DNA of 64,000 bases from Patescibacteria group bacterium (GTDB lineage: Bacteria > Patescibacteriota > Minisyncoccia > Phycocordibacterales > UBA9973). The stretch lies in the NCBI GenBank assembly GCA_040390725.1, contig JAZJXT010000001.1:6896-70895 (forward strand). The letters run 5' to 3'. Below, in pieces: positions 55,117-64,000 of the stretch. The stretch's first letter is position 1. Each line of letters starts with the position of its first letter. The position numbers were made by a program, and so were the translations under genes. Below the pieces are notes generated by a model that was not told where the DNA came from, made no database searches, and saw nothing but the letters and a program-made list of their open reading frames with translations.

Positions 55117-56208
55117 TTATTTCCCCTTAAGTTTTAAAACCAAAACCCCCGCTAAAACCCCAGCCACAGCACAAGACAAAATCGCAATAAGAATTTCGTT
55201 AGTTGTAAATACAAAATTCGGATGAACTAAATATGATGCCCCGACATAGAAAATAACAGCCGAGAGAATGCCCATTATCAAACCTTTAATAACTAAATTA
55301 AATTTTGGAATAGTTTCGACTACGATTGCCGGCAGAATGTAGGAGAAAAGGAAAAGCCAAAATGGAGGATTAAAGAATTCATTTATCATTACTCCCGGAG
55401 CAGGGTGAATGAGGGTAGCCGGACCGACGGAAGAAATGAAAGCGTAAAAGATTGTCGTTAAAAGAATTGATTCTGATTTTTTCTTTTGTTGTCCTAAATA
55501 CAGCATCACGGCAATCCAGGCAAATACTACTATTCCCGCTCCCCAGAATCCCATTACTCTGTATGCCCCCAAAGGGAAAAATGGCAAAGTAAAAATGAGA
55601 ATGTATCCTAAGAATGTCGCCCAAAGTCCGCAATCCAAAAGCCAATCAACAGTATGGTCAGAGCCGAGTTTAGCTATTTTTCTAGAAAATAAAGTCAGGG
55701 TAATAAGTGAGCCGAGGATTAAAAGATGCGGAGGCGACCAGACTACGATAGGGCTTAGTAAGTTCTCAGTGCCGAAAACAGAGTGCCAAGCTTGGTCCAA
55801 GACTCCGGTGATAGGAAAAAGCAAACTCACCCAAAAGGCATTTCTGTATATTTTATTTTTCGTTTTTCTCCAAGCTACAAATGAACATATTATGACGACA
55901 CTAAGACAAAGATACAAAGCAGTATGCGGAGGAATAAAAAATTGATCCCTGCCTATGGCCACATGCCACCAAGCATCCCACAATAATGCCGTAGCCATGC
56001 AAATGCTCATAAAGGGAATAAGTCGTGTGTAAATTTTGTTGTGCATAGGGGAATTATAGCAAGAAATGCTAGAGATTAGTAAGAGTTGAATGTACCCAAA
56101 AAAAGCTTGACAAATAGGTATTAAATGTGCTATACTTTCATTGGTCTTTGTTCGTTGAAAAATATTGATTTTTAAGAGGTGAATTGAAAAGTTGTTATAT
56201 AAAAACAT
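55117..56208 (-). CDS. hypothetical polytopic membrane protein (363 aa)
   Basis: About ten predicted transmembrane helices. Confidence 0.55.
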   Translation of the reverse strand: MFLYNNFSIHLLKINIFQRTKTNESIAHLIPICQAFFGYIQLLLISSISCYNSPMHNKIYTRLIPFMSICMATALLWDAWWHVAIGRDQFFIPPHTALYLCLSVVIICSFVAWRKTKNKIYRNAFWVSLLFPITGVLDQAWHSVFGTENLLSPIVVWSPPHLLILGSLITLTLFSRKIAKLGSDHTVDWLLDCGLWATFLGYILIFTLPFFPLGAYRVMGFWGAGIVVFAWIAVMLYLGQQKKKSESILLTTIFYAFISSVGPATLIHPAPGVMINEFFNPPFWLFLFSYILPAIVVETIPKFNLVIKGLIMGILSAVIFYVGASYLVHPNFVFTTNEILIAILSCAVAGVLAGVLVLKLKGK

Positions 56209-56211
56209 ACT

Positions 56212-56724
56212 TTGTATAATAGCTTTTCAATTTTTCTCACTATTAATCATTTATTTAAACTCAGTATTATGAACTTTTTATCTTCAATCTCGAAAGTTTC
56301 GCATTTTTCTGTAAAAAATGGCGTTGGACAAGTTTTATGCTTTGTCGCTACATTTATAGCTGGCTTTGCATTTGCAAACAATATAATGGAGAAAGAGATA
56401 GTTTCTCCAAGCGACAGATTGTTTTTCTTTCTTATTGCCATATTTGTTTTTGGAATAGGTATGATAGTAAGATACAAGGCCTATTTTTGGCCAAACAAGT
56501 TGTTGGGTGAAAATATGATTCACGGCTCTGGATTTTTTTTGGGGATTTGGTATTTAGGTACATTAATGAGTACCACTTCCTTCTCACCAGTCGAGCAGTT
56601 GGTAGAAACAATGCCCGATGATTTTCTGTGGATGATGGCAGGAATGTCATTTGCCCTTGGAGTTATTTTTCGCATTCTTGGGCGTAAACCCAAGATAGCG
56701 AAGACGTGTCTCGAAATTGGGTAA
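56212..56724 (+). CDS. hypothetical membrane protein (170 aa)
   Basis: ORF with four hydrophobic helices. Confidence 0.45.
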   Translation: MYNSFSIFLTINHLFKLSIMNFLSSISKVSHFSVKNGVGQVLCFVATFIAGFAFANNIMEKEIVSPSDRLFFFLIAIFVFGIGMIVRYKAYFWPNKLLGENMIHGSGFFLGIWYLGTLMSTTSFSPVEQLVETMPDDFLWMMAGMSFALGVIFRILGRKPKIAKTCLEIG

Positions 56725-56843
56725 CCCACTAACCTTAATAGTGGAAAAAAGAATCGATTGCACGGCTTTATGTCTGCTCTCGATTCTTTTTAATTTTGGC
56801 AGGTAAATTTATCCATACTAAGGCGAATCTATTTTGTAAAAGG

Positions 56844-57596
56844 TTATACTATTAAAAATACATCAATAGCTAAATGATCCGAAATCCTATCGGGAAGTAA
56901 TTTACAGTTTACTTTTAAATTTTGTGTTATAAATTTATTTACATAAATATGGTCAGTTTTTAATTTCACAGATATTCCTATTGACGCAAAAAAGTTTGCA
57001 ATTTTTGTTATAAAAAATGGTGTTTGTTCGGTATATCTACTGTCGAGAGTAGGACCTAATGTTTTGTTAATTCTTGAAAATTCCGGAGAAAGTATTTTTT
57101 CTTGGTTAGTAATTTCAAAAGGAAATCCAGTATTGAAGTCCCCGCCGATAACTATAGGATTATTTAAATTTTCTTCTAAAATTTTTGCTTTTATAATTTC
57201 CAACTGCTTTAATCGTTTGTGCGGTCTTAGCCCCGGGTGCAGGTGAATTGTACTTATAAATATTACCTCATTGTCTTTTGTAAATTTTCCACCAACAAAA
57301 CCCCAACCTCTGCGTGGCGAGTCAGTATTTAATATTGCAAATGACAAAAAAGTATCGTCAGTTAAAACAAATTCTTTTTTGTATAAAATACACACACCTG
57401 TATTTTCTCCTAAATTAGAATCGTAAGAGTTAAGTATTTTATAATTTTGAGAAGCGTTTTTTATTAAAACAATAATTTGTTCCGTTATCTCTTGTAAAAG
57501 TAAAAAATCATATTTTTCTTCTTTTAAAATATGAATAATAAAGTTTTCAAAATTTGGTTGGTATGCTTTTTGGCAATTGAGGGTGAAAATTTTCAT
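56844..57596 (-). CDS. endonuclease/exonuclease/phosphatase (EEP) family protein
   Basis: N-terminal LLLQE, GGDFNTG, and C-terminal SDHLAI motifs. Confidence 0.7.
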   Translation of the reverse strand: MKIFTLNCQKAYQPNFENFIIHILKEEKYDFLLLQEITEQIIVLIKNASQNYKILNSYDSNLGENTGVCILYKKEFVLTDDTFLSFAILNTDSPRRGWGFVGGKFTKDNEVIFISTIHLHPGLRPHKRLKQLEIIKAKILEENLNNPIVIGGDFNTGFPFEITNQEKILSPEFSRINKTLGPTLDSRYTEQTPFFITKIANFFASIGISVKLKTDHIYVNKFITQNLKVNCKLLPDRISDHLAIDVFLIV

Positions 57597-57599
57597 TTT

Positions 57600-58394
57600 T
57601 TAATTAGAAACTTCTTTTGAAGTAAAATACTGATAAACATAAATAAAAGCTGGCACGCCAAATAGTATCCACGATAACTCTTCTATGGGAAAACTAAGAT
57701 CTCCAATATGGACCATTCCCAAATACTGACTACCGAGAAATCCCCATTGATGTGTTGCTAACGCGGAAAGTTCTATGATAAAAAGCATCATGCTGAACGG
57801 TAAACATTGTAGCCAAAGCTTACAAAAGCGCTTAGCTGATTTAAGAAGTCCAATAATGGTGGGTGTACAGAAGAAGATAAGAACAAACCATAGATAAAAA
57901 TACGGAATTGTTAGTAATTTACTGTTTGTGTAAAGTATGAAAATTTCAACAAAAAGAACGGTGAATAAAATAATTACAAATTTATTAAATCGAGGTAGAA
58001 TTTTTATTTGCAAATTTTGTTCAGTAAAAAAGTAATTATATAAAGACACAATTAAATATACATAGACAACTGCCCATATAACTGTTTCAAACGGAATTAA
58101 ATTAAAAATTCGTCTAGGAAAAACAGATGTCTCCCACCAGGCATTATTAAACAAAGCGAGACTGTCAGTCAAAAGAACAAATGGTAAACCCGTAAGCAAT
58201 GCGAACTTTGCGGTGGATTTAAATAAACTAGGACGACGAAATGTTATGTAAATTGAGGGAACCAAAAAATAAAGACCGGTAGAAATTAAATAATTCAGTT
58301 TAAAAGTAATAGTAAAGTAAGCAATAATAGCTGTATAAATGACTACTCCAATCAGCTCAATTATTTTTTTATTAGACCTAGGTATTGGAAACAT
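57600..58394 (-). CDS. hypothetical integral membrane protein (264 aa)
   Basis: Seven or eight transmembrane helices; family uncertain. Confidence 0.5.
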   Translation of the reverse strand: MFPIPRSNKKIIELIGVVIYTAIIAYFTITFKLNYLISTGLYFLVPSIYITFRRPSLFKSTAKFALLTGLPFVLLTDSLALFNNAWWETSVFPRRIFNLIPFETVIWAVVYVYLIVSLYNYFFTEQNLQIKILPRFNKFVIILFTVLFVEIFILYTNSKLLTIPYFYLWFVLIFFCTPTIIGLLKSAKRFCKLWLQCLPFSMMLFIIELSALATHQWGFLGSQYLGMVHIGDLSFPIEELSWILFGVPAFIYVYQYFTSKEVSN

Positions 58395-58483
58395 ATTTTT
58401 ATGATAGCCTATAAAAGTAATGAATTCAAGCTATAGTCTTAGATTAGATAAAAAGATTTGTGCAGTTGAGTTACAATAGTTTT

Positions 58484-59044
58484 TTACCTGCTTAAATATC
58501 TTCTTATAATTCTTTCTTTTGATTCTTGTTGCTTTGTTTTAGTTAGCATCTTTTCCCAGTCCCAAATCTTTCCACTGGGACCAAAAGCTTTGAGATAATA
58601 TTCAAGATAAATTTTAGGATTTATAAAAATAACATCATCTATTTTTTTCCAACCCAAAGCCATTTTATAATCATAGCCAATTCTGTGACCAATTGATCCT
58701 ATCCATTGATGAGCAAGAACGTTTCTCCAGTCGTGGATTGACTTGGCAATGGTGGAAAACTTAGTATCAGCAGTATCACCATCAACAAACTTTTTAAGAA
58801 ATAACTTATATCCTTTTAAACTAGTTTTATTAAACAATCCTTCAGAAATAGTAAGTGCCACCGAATGGACACCAAGAAACAGTAAAGACGTCTGATAGTT
58901 ATCTTGTTGAGCTGTTAGGGTAATTTCATTATTAAAGAAATTTGCTATTGAGTTAAGTAGGGTTGCAATAATTTCATATGGTGGACCGTTCTGAAATCTT
59001 TCTAGGCGTTTTTCTTTTGTTTCTCCGTGGGAATTATTTTTCAT
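58484..59044 (-). CDS. HEPN-like protein (186 aa), a candidate toxin or defence component
   Basis: DWRNVLAHQ matches the HEPN Rx4-6H motif (R-N-xxx-H form). The size fits HEPN domains. Forms an operon with 59056-60666. Confidence 0.5.
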   Translation of the reverse strand: MKNNSHGETKEKRLERFQNGPPYEIIATLLNSIANFFNNEITLTAQQDNYQTSLLFLGVHSVALTISEGLFNKTSLKGYKLFLKKFVDGDTADTKFSTIAKSIHDWRNVLAHQWIGSIGHRIGYDYKMALGWKKIDDVIFINPKIYLEYYLKAFGPSGKIWDWEKMLTKTKQQESKERIIRRYLSR

Positions 59045-59055
59045 TTCATTTAAAA

Positions 59056-60666
59056 TTAAAGTAGGTTTTCTTTCTTAGGAAGAAAACGACTTTCCATCGT
59101 ATTAAGTACTTGGATGCATTTTATGAGAATATCTTCAAAAACTACCCAAAGGTCTTTACTATCTATGTCAAAGAATTTTTTAATCTTTTCATAATTACTA
59201 CCTTTTAGATGAGCAACGCTTGTCGAACGCAAAGTTTGTAGGTTTCTAAAAAATTCAATCATTTTAGGCGCAGAAAATCCATGAGCCATAGAAAAAGCTT
59301 CAAACTTATCTATGCCTTTAGGATTAACTTTACTAATGGTTAACCCTTTTTTAAGTTCTTTTTCGTTGAGTGAGTCGATCATAATTTTTGTTATTGATGC
59401 TACCTGATCATCAAACTCTTTTTGCTCATTTGTCGTCGGAACATGAAGTGATTTCATGTGATGCGTATCACCAATAGATAGCGGTTTAAATAGATACCAT
59501 CCAAATTGTTTATTCCATGCCTCTTGAAAAATTTCAAATTTCTCTTTGAAATAAAGTTCTGGATGTTCAGAGTCTGCAAAATTACCTTCAATATTTCGTG
59601 TAAAATCTGCATGACTAATTTTTCTCCTACTTGGAGTGAGGTTAAAAGCTTTCCAGTGAGTCTGTTCCTTGTATGGCAAGGATTTTAAGTCTCCCAACCA
59701 TATTACCACGTGATCCCTATGATTAATCATAGCCCTTAAGCCCCAGAAACCTTCAAATTTTATATATCCATCTTCAACAGAATATTTACCTGGATTATCA
59801 TAGTATTTTTTGAGTACCTCTCGCTTAAAAAAGACTGGTGTTAGAAAACCAGGACTGGACTGATAATCAGTATTACAACTATAATTAACTTCTTTTCCAT
59901 TTTCATCTACTCCAATTATAAATTCTTCAAACTTTTCATCAGCTCTCGTTTGCCAAATAGTTGGATTAAAGTCTTTTAGTCCTGCAATCAATTTTTTACC
60001 AAGCAACCATCCCTGAGATTTATTATCACCTAAATTAAGACTTCGAATGCATAGTGAATAGGTATAATTATCTCCCTTTTTAATTTCGTCGATTTTTTGC
60101 TGATTTAATTCCTCGAGTGTTTTGTCTAAAAATCTCATGGCTTCAAAATAAATTGCGAGATGCATTTGTTTTGCTGATAAAAACTCTTTTATAAATTTTA
60201 ATTTGATTTCTACCTTATTCTTACTAATTTGAACAACTTCGTCTTCATCTCCATAGTCGTTAGTATAAGTAAATATTTTTTTATCATCGATGATTTTTTC
60301 AAAGAGATTAAAATACAACCGAAATTCTTCTGAGACCTCAAGACAGGCTTTTTCTTTACCACTAAATGATCTCCAATATACTAATGACTCTATACCTTCA
60401 TCGGAAAAACGATAATATTCAGTTTTTGATTTCCCCGCCAGATAGTGGGTCATAAAACCTGGACGTCCTCCATCGATTCGTAAATCCCAGTCGTATTTTT
60501 CCAAAACCTCTTTTACTTTATTATCAGCTATCAGTGCAGAAAAATAGGTACCCCTATCAATGTCAACGGAATCTAAAAATTCAAAAACTGTGACCCATTC
60601 CGTTTTTCCTAGATCACCTTCAATGTTTTTTATTAAATCGGTAAATTTTAAATCTTTTGTATTCAT
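59056..60666 (-). CDS. hypothetical protein (536 aa) with a C-terminal HEPN-like Rx5H motif
   Basis: C-terminal LRSTSVAHLKG; no other recognisable motif. A 12-nt gap separates it from the downstream HEPN-like gene. Confidence 0.5.
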   Translation of the reverse strand: MNTKDLKFTDLIKNIEGDLGKTEWVTVFEFLDSVDIDRGTYFSALIADNKVKEVLEKYDWDLRIDGGRPGFMTHYLAGKSKTEYYRFSDEGIESLVYWRSFSGKEKACLEVSEEFRLYFNLFEKIIDDKKIFTYTNDYGDEDEVVQISKNKVEIKLKFIKEFLSAKQMHLAIYFEAMRFLDKTLEELNQQKIDEIKKGDNYTYSLCIRSLNLGDNKSQGWLLGKKLIAGLKDFNPTIWQTRADEKFEEFIIGVDENGKEVNYSCNTDYQSSPGFLTPVFFKREVLKKYYDNPGKYSVEDGYIKFEGFWGLRAMINHRDHVVIWLGDLKSLPYKEQTHWKAFNLTPSRRKISHADFTRNIEGNFADSEHPELYFKEKFEIFQEAWNKQFGWYLFKPLSIGDTHHMKSLHVPTTNEQKEFDDQVASITKIMIDSLNEKELKKGLTISKVNPKGIDKFEAFSMAHGFSAPKMIEFFRNLQTLRSTSVAHLKGSNYEKIKKFFDIDSKDLWVVFEDILIKCIQVLNTMESRFLPKKENLL

Positions 60667-60791
60667 TCTATATTTTTATAATAGCATTTTTTGCTAGAAA
60701 ATAAAGAGTTTTTTATGAATATTAGTTACCAACACTCTACCAACTGGGTCGCACTAGACTCCTGGAGCAAGTTGCGTCATTCATTAGGTAT

Positions 60792-62114
60792 ATGAATAAC
60801 ACAATATCAATACCAATTGGGACAATGGTAAAAGAAGTAGTCCCCGTAAGAGTAAAGTACTGTTTGTATGCAAGAAAATCAACGGAATCGGAAGAACGCC
60901 AAGTCCTATCAATCGATAGCCAAATAAAGGAAATGTTGCAGATGGCAGAAAGAGAAGGGCTTGAGATTGTAACAATGAAAAGAGAAAGTCACTCCGCCAA
61001 AGAAACAGGACAGCGACCAATCTTTAATGAAATAATAGAAGAACTAAGGCAAGAGAAATTTAACGGAATACTAACTTGGGCACCGGATAGAATAAGTAGA
61101 AATGCAGGCGACCTTGGTAAAATAGTAGATTTGATGGATTCAGGAAAACTTCATGAGATACGAACTTTTGGACAAAGATTTACAAACAGTCCAAGTGAAA
61201 AATTCTTGTTAATGATTTTAGGAAGTCAGGCAAAACTTGAAAATGACAACCGAGGAATAAATGTAAAAAGAGGATTACGCACACGAGCCGAGATGGGGCT
61301 ATGGGCAGGAATGGCACCATTGGGATATTTAAATCAAAATCGAATGGACAAGAAGTGTCAGGTAATAATTGATCCATTAAGAGGTCCGGTAATTAAAAGA
61401 ATGTTTGAAAAAGTCGCATATGAAAAGTATTCAGGAAGAAGGATATATAACTGGTTAAAATTTGAATTGAATTTTTACACAAGAGGAAATAAACCACTTA
61501 CCCTGAGTGGAATATACCGACTACTGGAAAACCCTTTTTACTACGGAGTGTTTGAAAAACCATTAAAGAGTGGAAATTGGTATCAAGGTAAACACGAACC
61601 TCTAATAACTCAAGAATTATTTGAAAAATCCAAAGCACAACTGAAGAGAGACAACATACAAAGAGAAAACAAAGAATTTGCATTTACCAAATTATTCACT
61701 TGTGGGTACTGCGGAAGTGGAATATCCGCAGAAGAAAAATGGAAACAACTTAAGAACGGAACAGATGCAAGATATATTTACTATTCTTGTAGTAGGGCAA
61801 GAGATAGGAATTGTAAAAACAAATATATACGAGAAGAAGAATTAATAACTGAATTGCTTAAAATTATAGACAAGGTAAATATTAATGAGCTTGGAATGAG
61901 GCAAAAACTCGAAGATGAAATTGCACGATTTAATATTTTTCAAAGGTCAGTATTGGGCAGTACGGATAAAATTAAAAATAATCAGGAGACGGACATACGA
62001 AATTATGCTAAATATATTCTCAAAGAAGGTTCGACGAGTGAGAAAAGAGAATTGCTTGGGAATTTGAGGAGTAGGATAGTTTATAAGGATAAGATACTTA
62101 CATTACTAAATTAA
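60792..62114 (+). CDS. large serine recombinase (resolvase/invertase catalytic domain + recombinase domain + zinc ribbon)
   Basis: YARKSTESEE...SIDSQ catalytic Ser region, and a C-terminal CGYCGS...C zinc ribbon. Confidence 0.85.
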   Translation: MNNTISIPIGTMVKEVVPVRVKYCLYARKSTESEERQVLSIDSQIKEMLQMAEREGLEIVTMKRESHSAKETGQRPIFNEIIEELRQEKFNGILTWAPDRISRNAGDLGKIVDLMDSGKLHEIRTFGQRFTNSPSEKFLLMILGSQAKLENDNRGINVKRGLRTRAEMGLWAGMAPLGYLNQNRMDKKCQVIIDPLRGPVIKRMFEKVAYEKYSGRRIYNWLKFELNFYTRGNKPLTLSGIYRLLENPFYYGVFEKPLKSGNWYQGKHEPLITQELFEKSKAQLKRDNIQRENKEFAFTKLFTCGYCGSGISAEEKWKQLKNGTDARYIYYSCSRARDRNCKNKYIREEELITELLKIIDKVNINELGMRQKLEDEIARFNIFQRSVLGSTDKIKNNQETDIRNYAKYILKEGSTSEKRELLGNLRSRIVYKDKILTLLN

Positions 62115-63352
62115 GAATATTTGTTTTTATATTTATACTTTTTCTTTTGTAAATTTAAATGATATTGGTGAAATTTATCGTCGTCCTTTTCTGGATCTAA
62201 GCTCATTGCTTGAAATGACCTTCCTCTTCTGTGTGGACCAAATAAATGAGCAAATTCACCCTTGAACCAATTAAGAGTTCTATGCTCACTGTAAGTATTT
62301 GTTTCTTTGTTATAATCTGGATCTTCAGGTACTCTTCCGTATTCATCCATTGATCCTCCTGGTCCAGGCCCACCACCCCAGAATATTTCTCCTCCCAGGT
62401 GTATGGGGCGAGGGTCAGGCATTAATAAATAACCTTCACCGTATTTATTCCAATTTGATTTTGAAACATATTTTTCTGGATATAACCAATCTTTTTTTGC
62501 TCCAGCAATATGACGGAAAGCCCTATTTTTTATAATGAAATTTATTTCACGTACCTCTTGCTCATTTAAATGACGCATAGTTTGTATATCAGTAAATTTA
62601 AAAATTGCGTTGCGAAATAAGTTTGAATTTGGTCGAGGCTTAGTAGCGGATTGATATGGGTTTCGTACCCATGAAAGATTTGTAAGTATTAGTATCTTGT
62701 CTAAAGACAAAGGAAATATAGTATGACTACCTTGAAGAAATATATCAGGATCATTCGCATTTCGACATTGCTGGGACCTTGGTCCGCATTCACGATTATA
62801 TATAGTTATTGGATGGTCAGAAATAATAAATTTGGTTTCTGAATTAGAAGCATCAGCAATTAACCATACTGATTCGGTCCATATTGCACAATTCATTCTT
62901 CCAAGTGTTGTCATTGATGACAGTATATTATATTTATTATCAGTATTTAACTTGTCTTTAAGCCACGTCAAACCTTTTGGGGTTCTTAACTTTTGAGTAC
63001 TCATATAGATCATAATATCCTCAAAGTACGTTTTCCAGTCTTTGAGTGGATAAGCAAATTTTTCAAAATATTCCACAGCTTCTTGTCCTTTTCGGTCTAT
63101 TTTTCCGAAAAAGTATTTTTCAATATCTTTAGATTCAATAGACTGAATTTTTGTTGTATATAAATCCTTTTCCACAAAACATTTTTTAGATCCTTGTTTT
63201 ATAAGGGCTTTACTGTGGTACGGTATTTTATCAGGACTCATGAAAGTATTTGGTTTCATATCTAAGTAAAAAAGTTCCGACTCACTGGGTAACATAAACT
63301 TTTTTTGGTACCATTGAGGCACATAATGATGATTTTTATATTCTTCAGGCAT
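62111..63352 (-). CDS. hypothetical protein, DUF4238-like (N-terminal HHYVPQWY motif)
   Basis: The N-terminal motif resembles DUF4238, recalled from memory and unverified; convergent with the recombinase and overlapping its stop by 4 nt. Confidence 0.5.
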   Translation of the reverse strand: MPEEYKNHHYVPQWYQKKFMLPSESELFYLDMKPNTFMSPDKIPYHSKALIKQGSKKCFVEKDLYTTKIQSIESKDIEKYFFGKIDRKGQEAVEYFEKFAYPLKDWKTYFEDIMIYMSTQKLRTPKGLTWLKDKLNTDNKYNILSSMTTLGRMNCAIWTESVWLIADASNSETKFIISDHPITIYNRECGPRSQQCRNANDPDIFLQGSHTIFPLSLDKILILTNLSWVRNPYQSATKPRPNSNLFRNAIFKFTDIQTMRHLNEQEVREINFIIKNRAFRHIAGAKKDWLYPEKYVSKSNWNKYGEGYLLMPDPRPIHLGGEIFWGGGPGPGGSMDEYGRVPEDPDYNKETNTYSEHRTLNWFKGEFAHLFGPHRRGRSFQAMSLDPEKDDDKFHQYHLNLQKKKYKYKNKYS

Positions 63353-63422
63353 TAACCTAATTTAGCATGATTTATAGAAAATGTTTATAAAATATTCTTT
63401 AACAGTATGGTATATTTAATCA

Positions 63423-64000
63423 ATGAAATATATATTTATTGGTTTTCTTGGGTGGCCAGAACCCGCAATGAAACAAGACGAAAGAATCTATGAAATAGAT
63501 AATGGCTTTGAATGTTGGAATTTGACTAAATTTTCTGCTACAGAATTTGTAGAAGCTATAAAAATTAAGATACCACCTTTTAATGATAATATTCTCAGAA
63601 ATTATATAAATAATGGAAAAGATTTTTATGGAATAAGTGAGGAGCAGTACGGTAAATGTCTTTGGGGTATTTTAGTTCCAGACCCAGATGAATTTTTTGT
63701 TGTGTATAAAGAAGTACTTTCTATTTTAAATCTTTTTTCAACAAAATATATGCATCCTGCTTTTTTTATTACAAACACAGGGATAAATAAAGGGGAAGAG
63801 TTTAATCAAAATTATGTTTTACCGAACGATTATCAAGGCTACGAATATTTTAAAACTTTAAGTTTTGTTTCTTTCTTTAAGACCATGGCTGATCAAATGA
63901 AGTACTTTGCTTGGGTTAGAAATAGAGTTACAAGTTGGGGAAAAGAAGACTGGCGACTATTTATGGCTTGTGGTTTTTATGAAGGGTTAGAAGAATACGA
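63423..64000 (+). CDS. hypothetical protein, 5' portion (runs off the window end)
   Basis: Open frame from ATG 63423 to the window end with no stop (hand-translated MKYIFIGFLGWPEP...). Absent from the ORF track because it is truncated. Confidence 0.4.
   Translation, partial: MKYIFIGFLGWPEPAMKQDERIYEIDNGFECWNLTKFSATEFVEAIKIKIPPFNDNILRNYINNGKDFYGISEEQYGKCLWGILVPDPDEFFVVYKEVLSILNLFSTKYMHPAFFITNTGINKGEEFNQNYVLPNDYQGYEYFKTLSFVSFFKTMADQMKYFAWVRNRVTSWGKEDWRLFMACGFYEGLEEY

Larger units (their letters stand above)
49531..62114. mobile_element. Putative integrated element or genomic island adjacent to the tRNA. It carries a ParB-like methyltransferase, a phage-like HTH protein, a candidate defence cassette and a large serine recombinase.
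   Basis: The argument rests on gene content plus the flanking tRNA and its fragments. The region appears more AT-rich than the core by eye. No precise att repeats were identified. Confidence 0.35.

Noticed and set aside
57600-58394. Possible lycopene-cyclase-domain assignment for the 264-aa membrane protein.
   Set aside because: It is only a vague compositional resemblance from memory with no diagnostic motif, so it stays a generic membrane protein.

Overview
This is an AT-rich bacterial segment with the look of a small, reduced genome. Ribosomal proteins carry Lys/Ala-rich extensions, several genes appear leaderless, and the type IV pilus genes come without any outer-membrane components, which fits a monoderm CPR/Patescibacteria-like organism, though that assignment is inference. 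From start to end the window holds: (1) two hypothetical genes, each behind a conserved promoter-like element containing a G10 homopolymer, which makes them phase-variation candidates. (2) An aminotransferase and tuf. (3) The S10/spc ribosomal protein cluster, interrupted between rplB and rpsS by a 7.3-kb insertion that carries proC-proB-proA, a Cys-rich zinc-ribbon protein, hypotheticals and a VIT-family transporter; the cluster then resumes from rpsS to rplE and runs straight into ftsH. (4) A tRNA with anticodon UAU. (5) A roughly 9.4-kb gene for a 3,118-aa secreted repetitive giant protein, directly followed by a type IV pilus locus: four or five pilin/pseudopilin genes, a PilX-like gene, an Fn3-repeat membrane protein, pilB and pilC. 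A sensor kinase is translationally coupled to a pilin gene, a hicBA toxin-antitoxin pair sits inside the locus, and a 623-aa pilin-like protein shares LVIVD-type beta-propeller motifs with the giant protein. (6) A Gly/Tyr-rich lipoprotein, recG, a two-component pair, a ZIP transporter and a malic enzyme. (7) A Ser-type tRNA with an unusual anticodon loop, followed by a roughly 13-kb AT-rich accessory region that looks like an integrated element. It carries a ParB-like DNA methyltransferase, a phage-like HTH protein, GNAT, EEP, membrane and repeat proteins, and a large serine recombinase. It also carries a two-gene cassette whose products both show HEPN-like Rx4-6H motifs; this is the best candidate here for an undescribed defence or abortive-infection system. 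Several dispersed short repeat families occur: a perfect 30-41 bp palindrome in three copies, duplicated terminator hairpins, and duplicated promoter modules.
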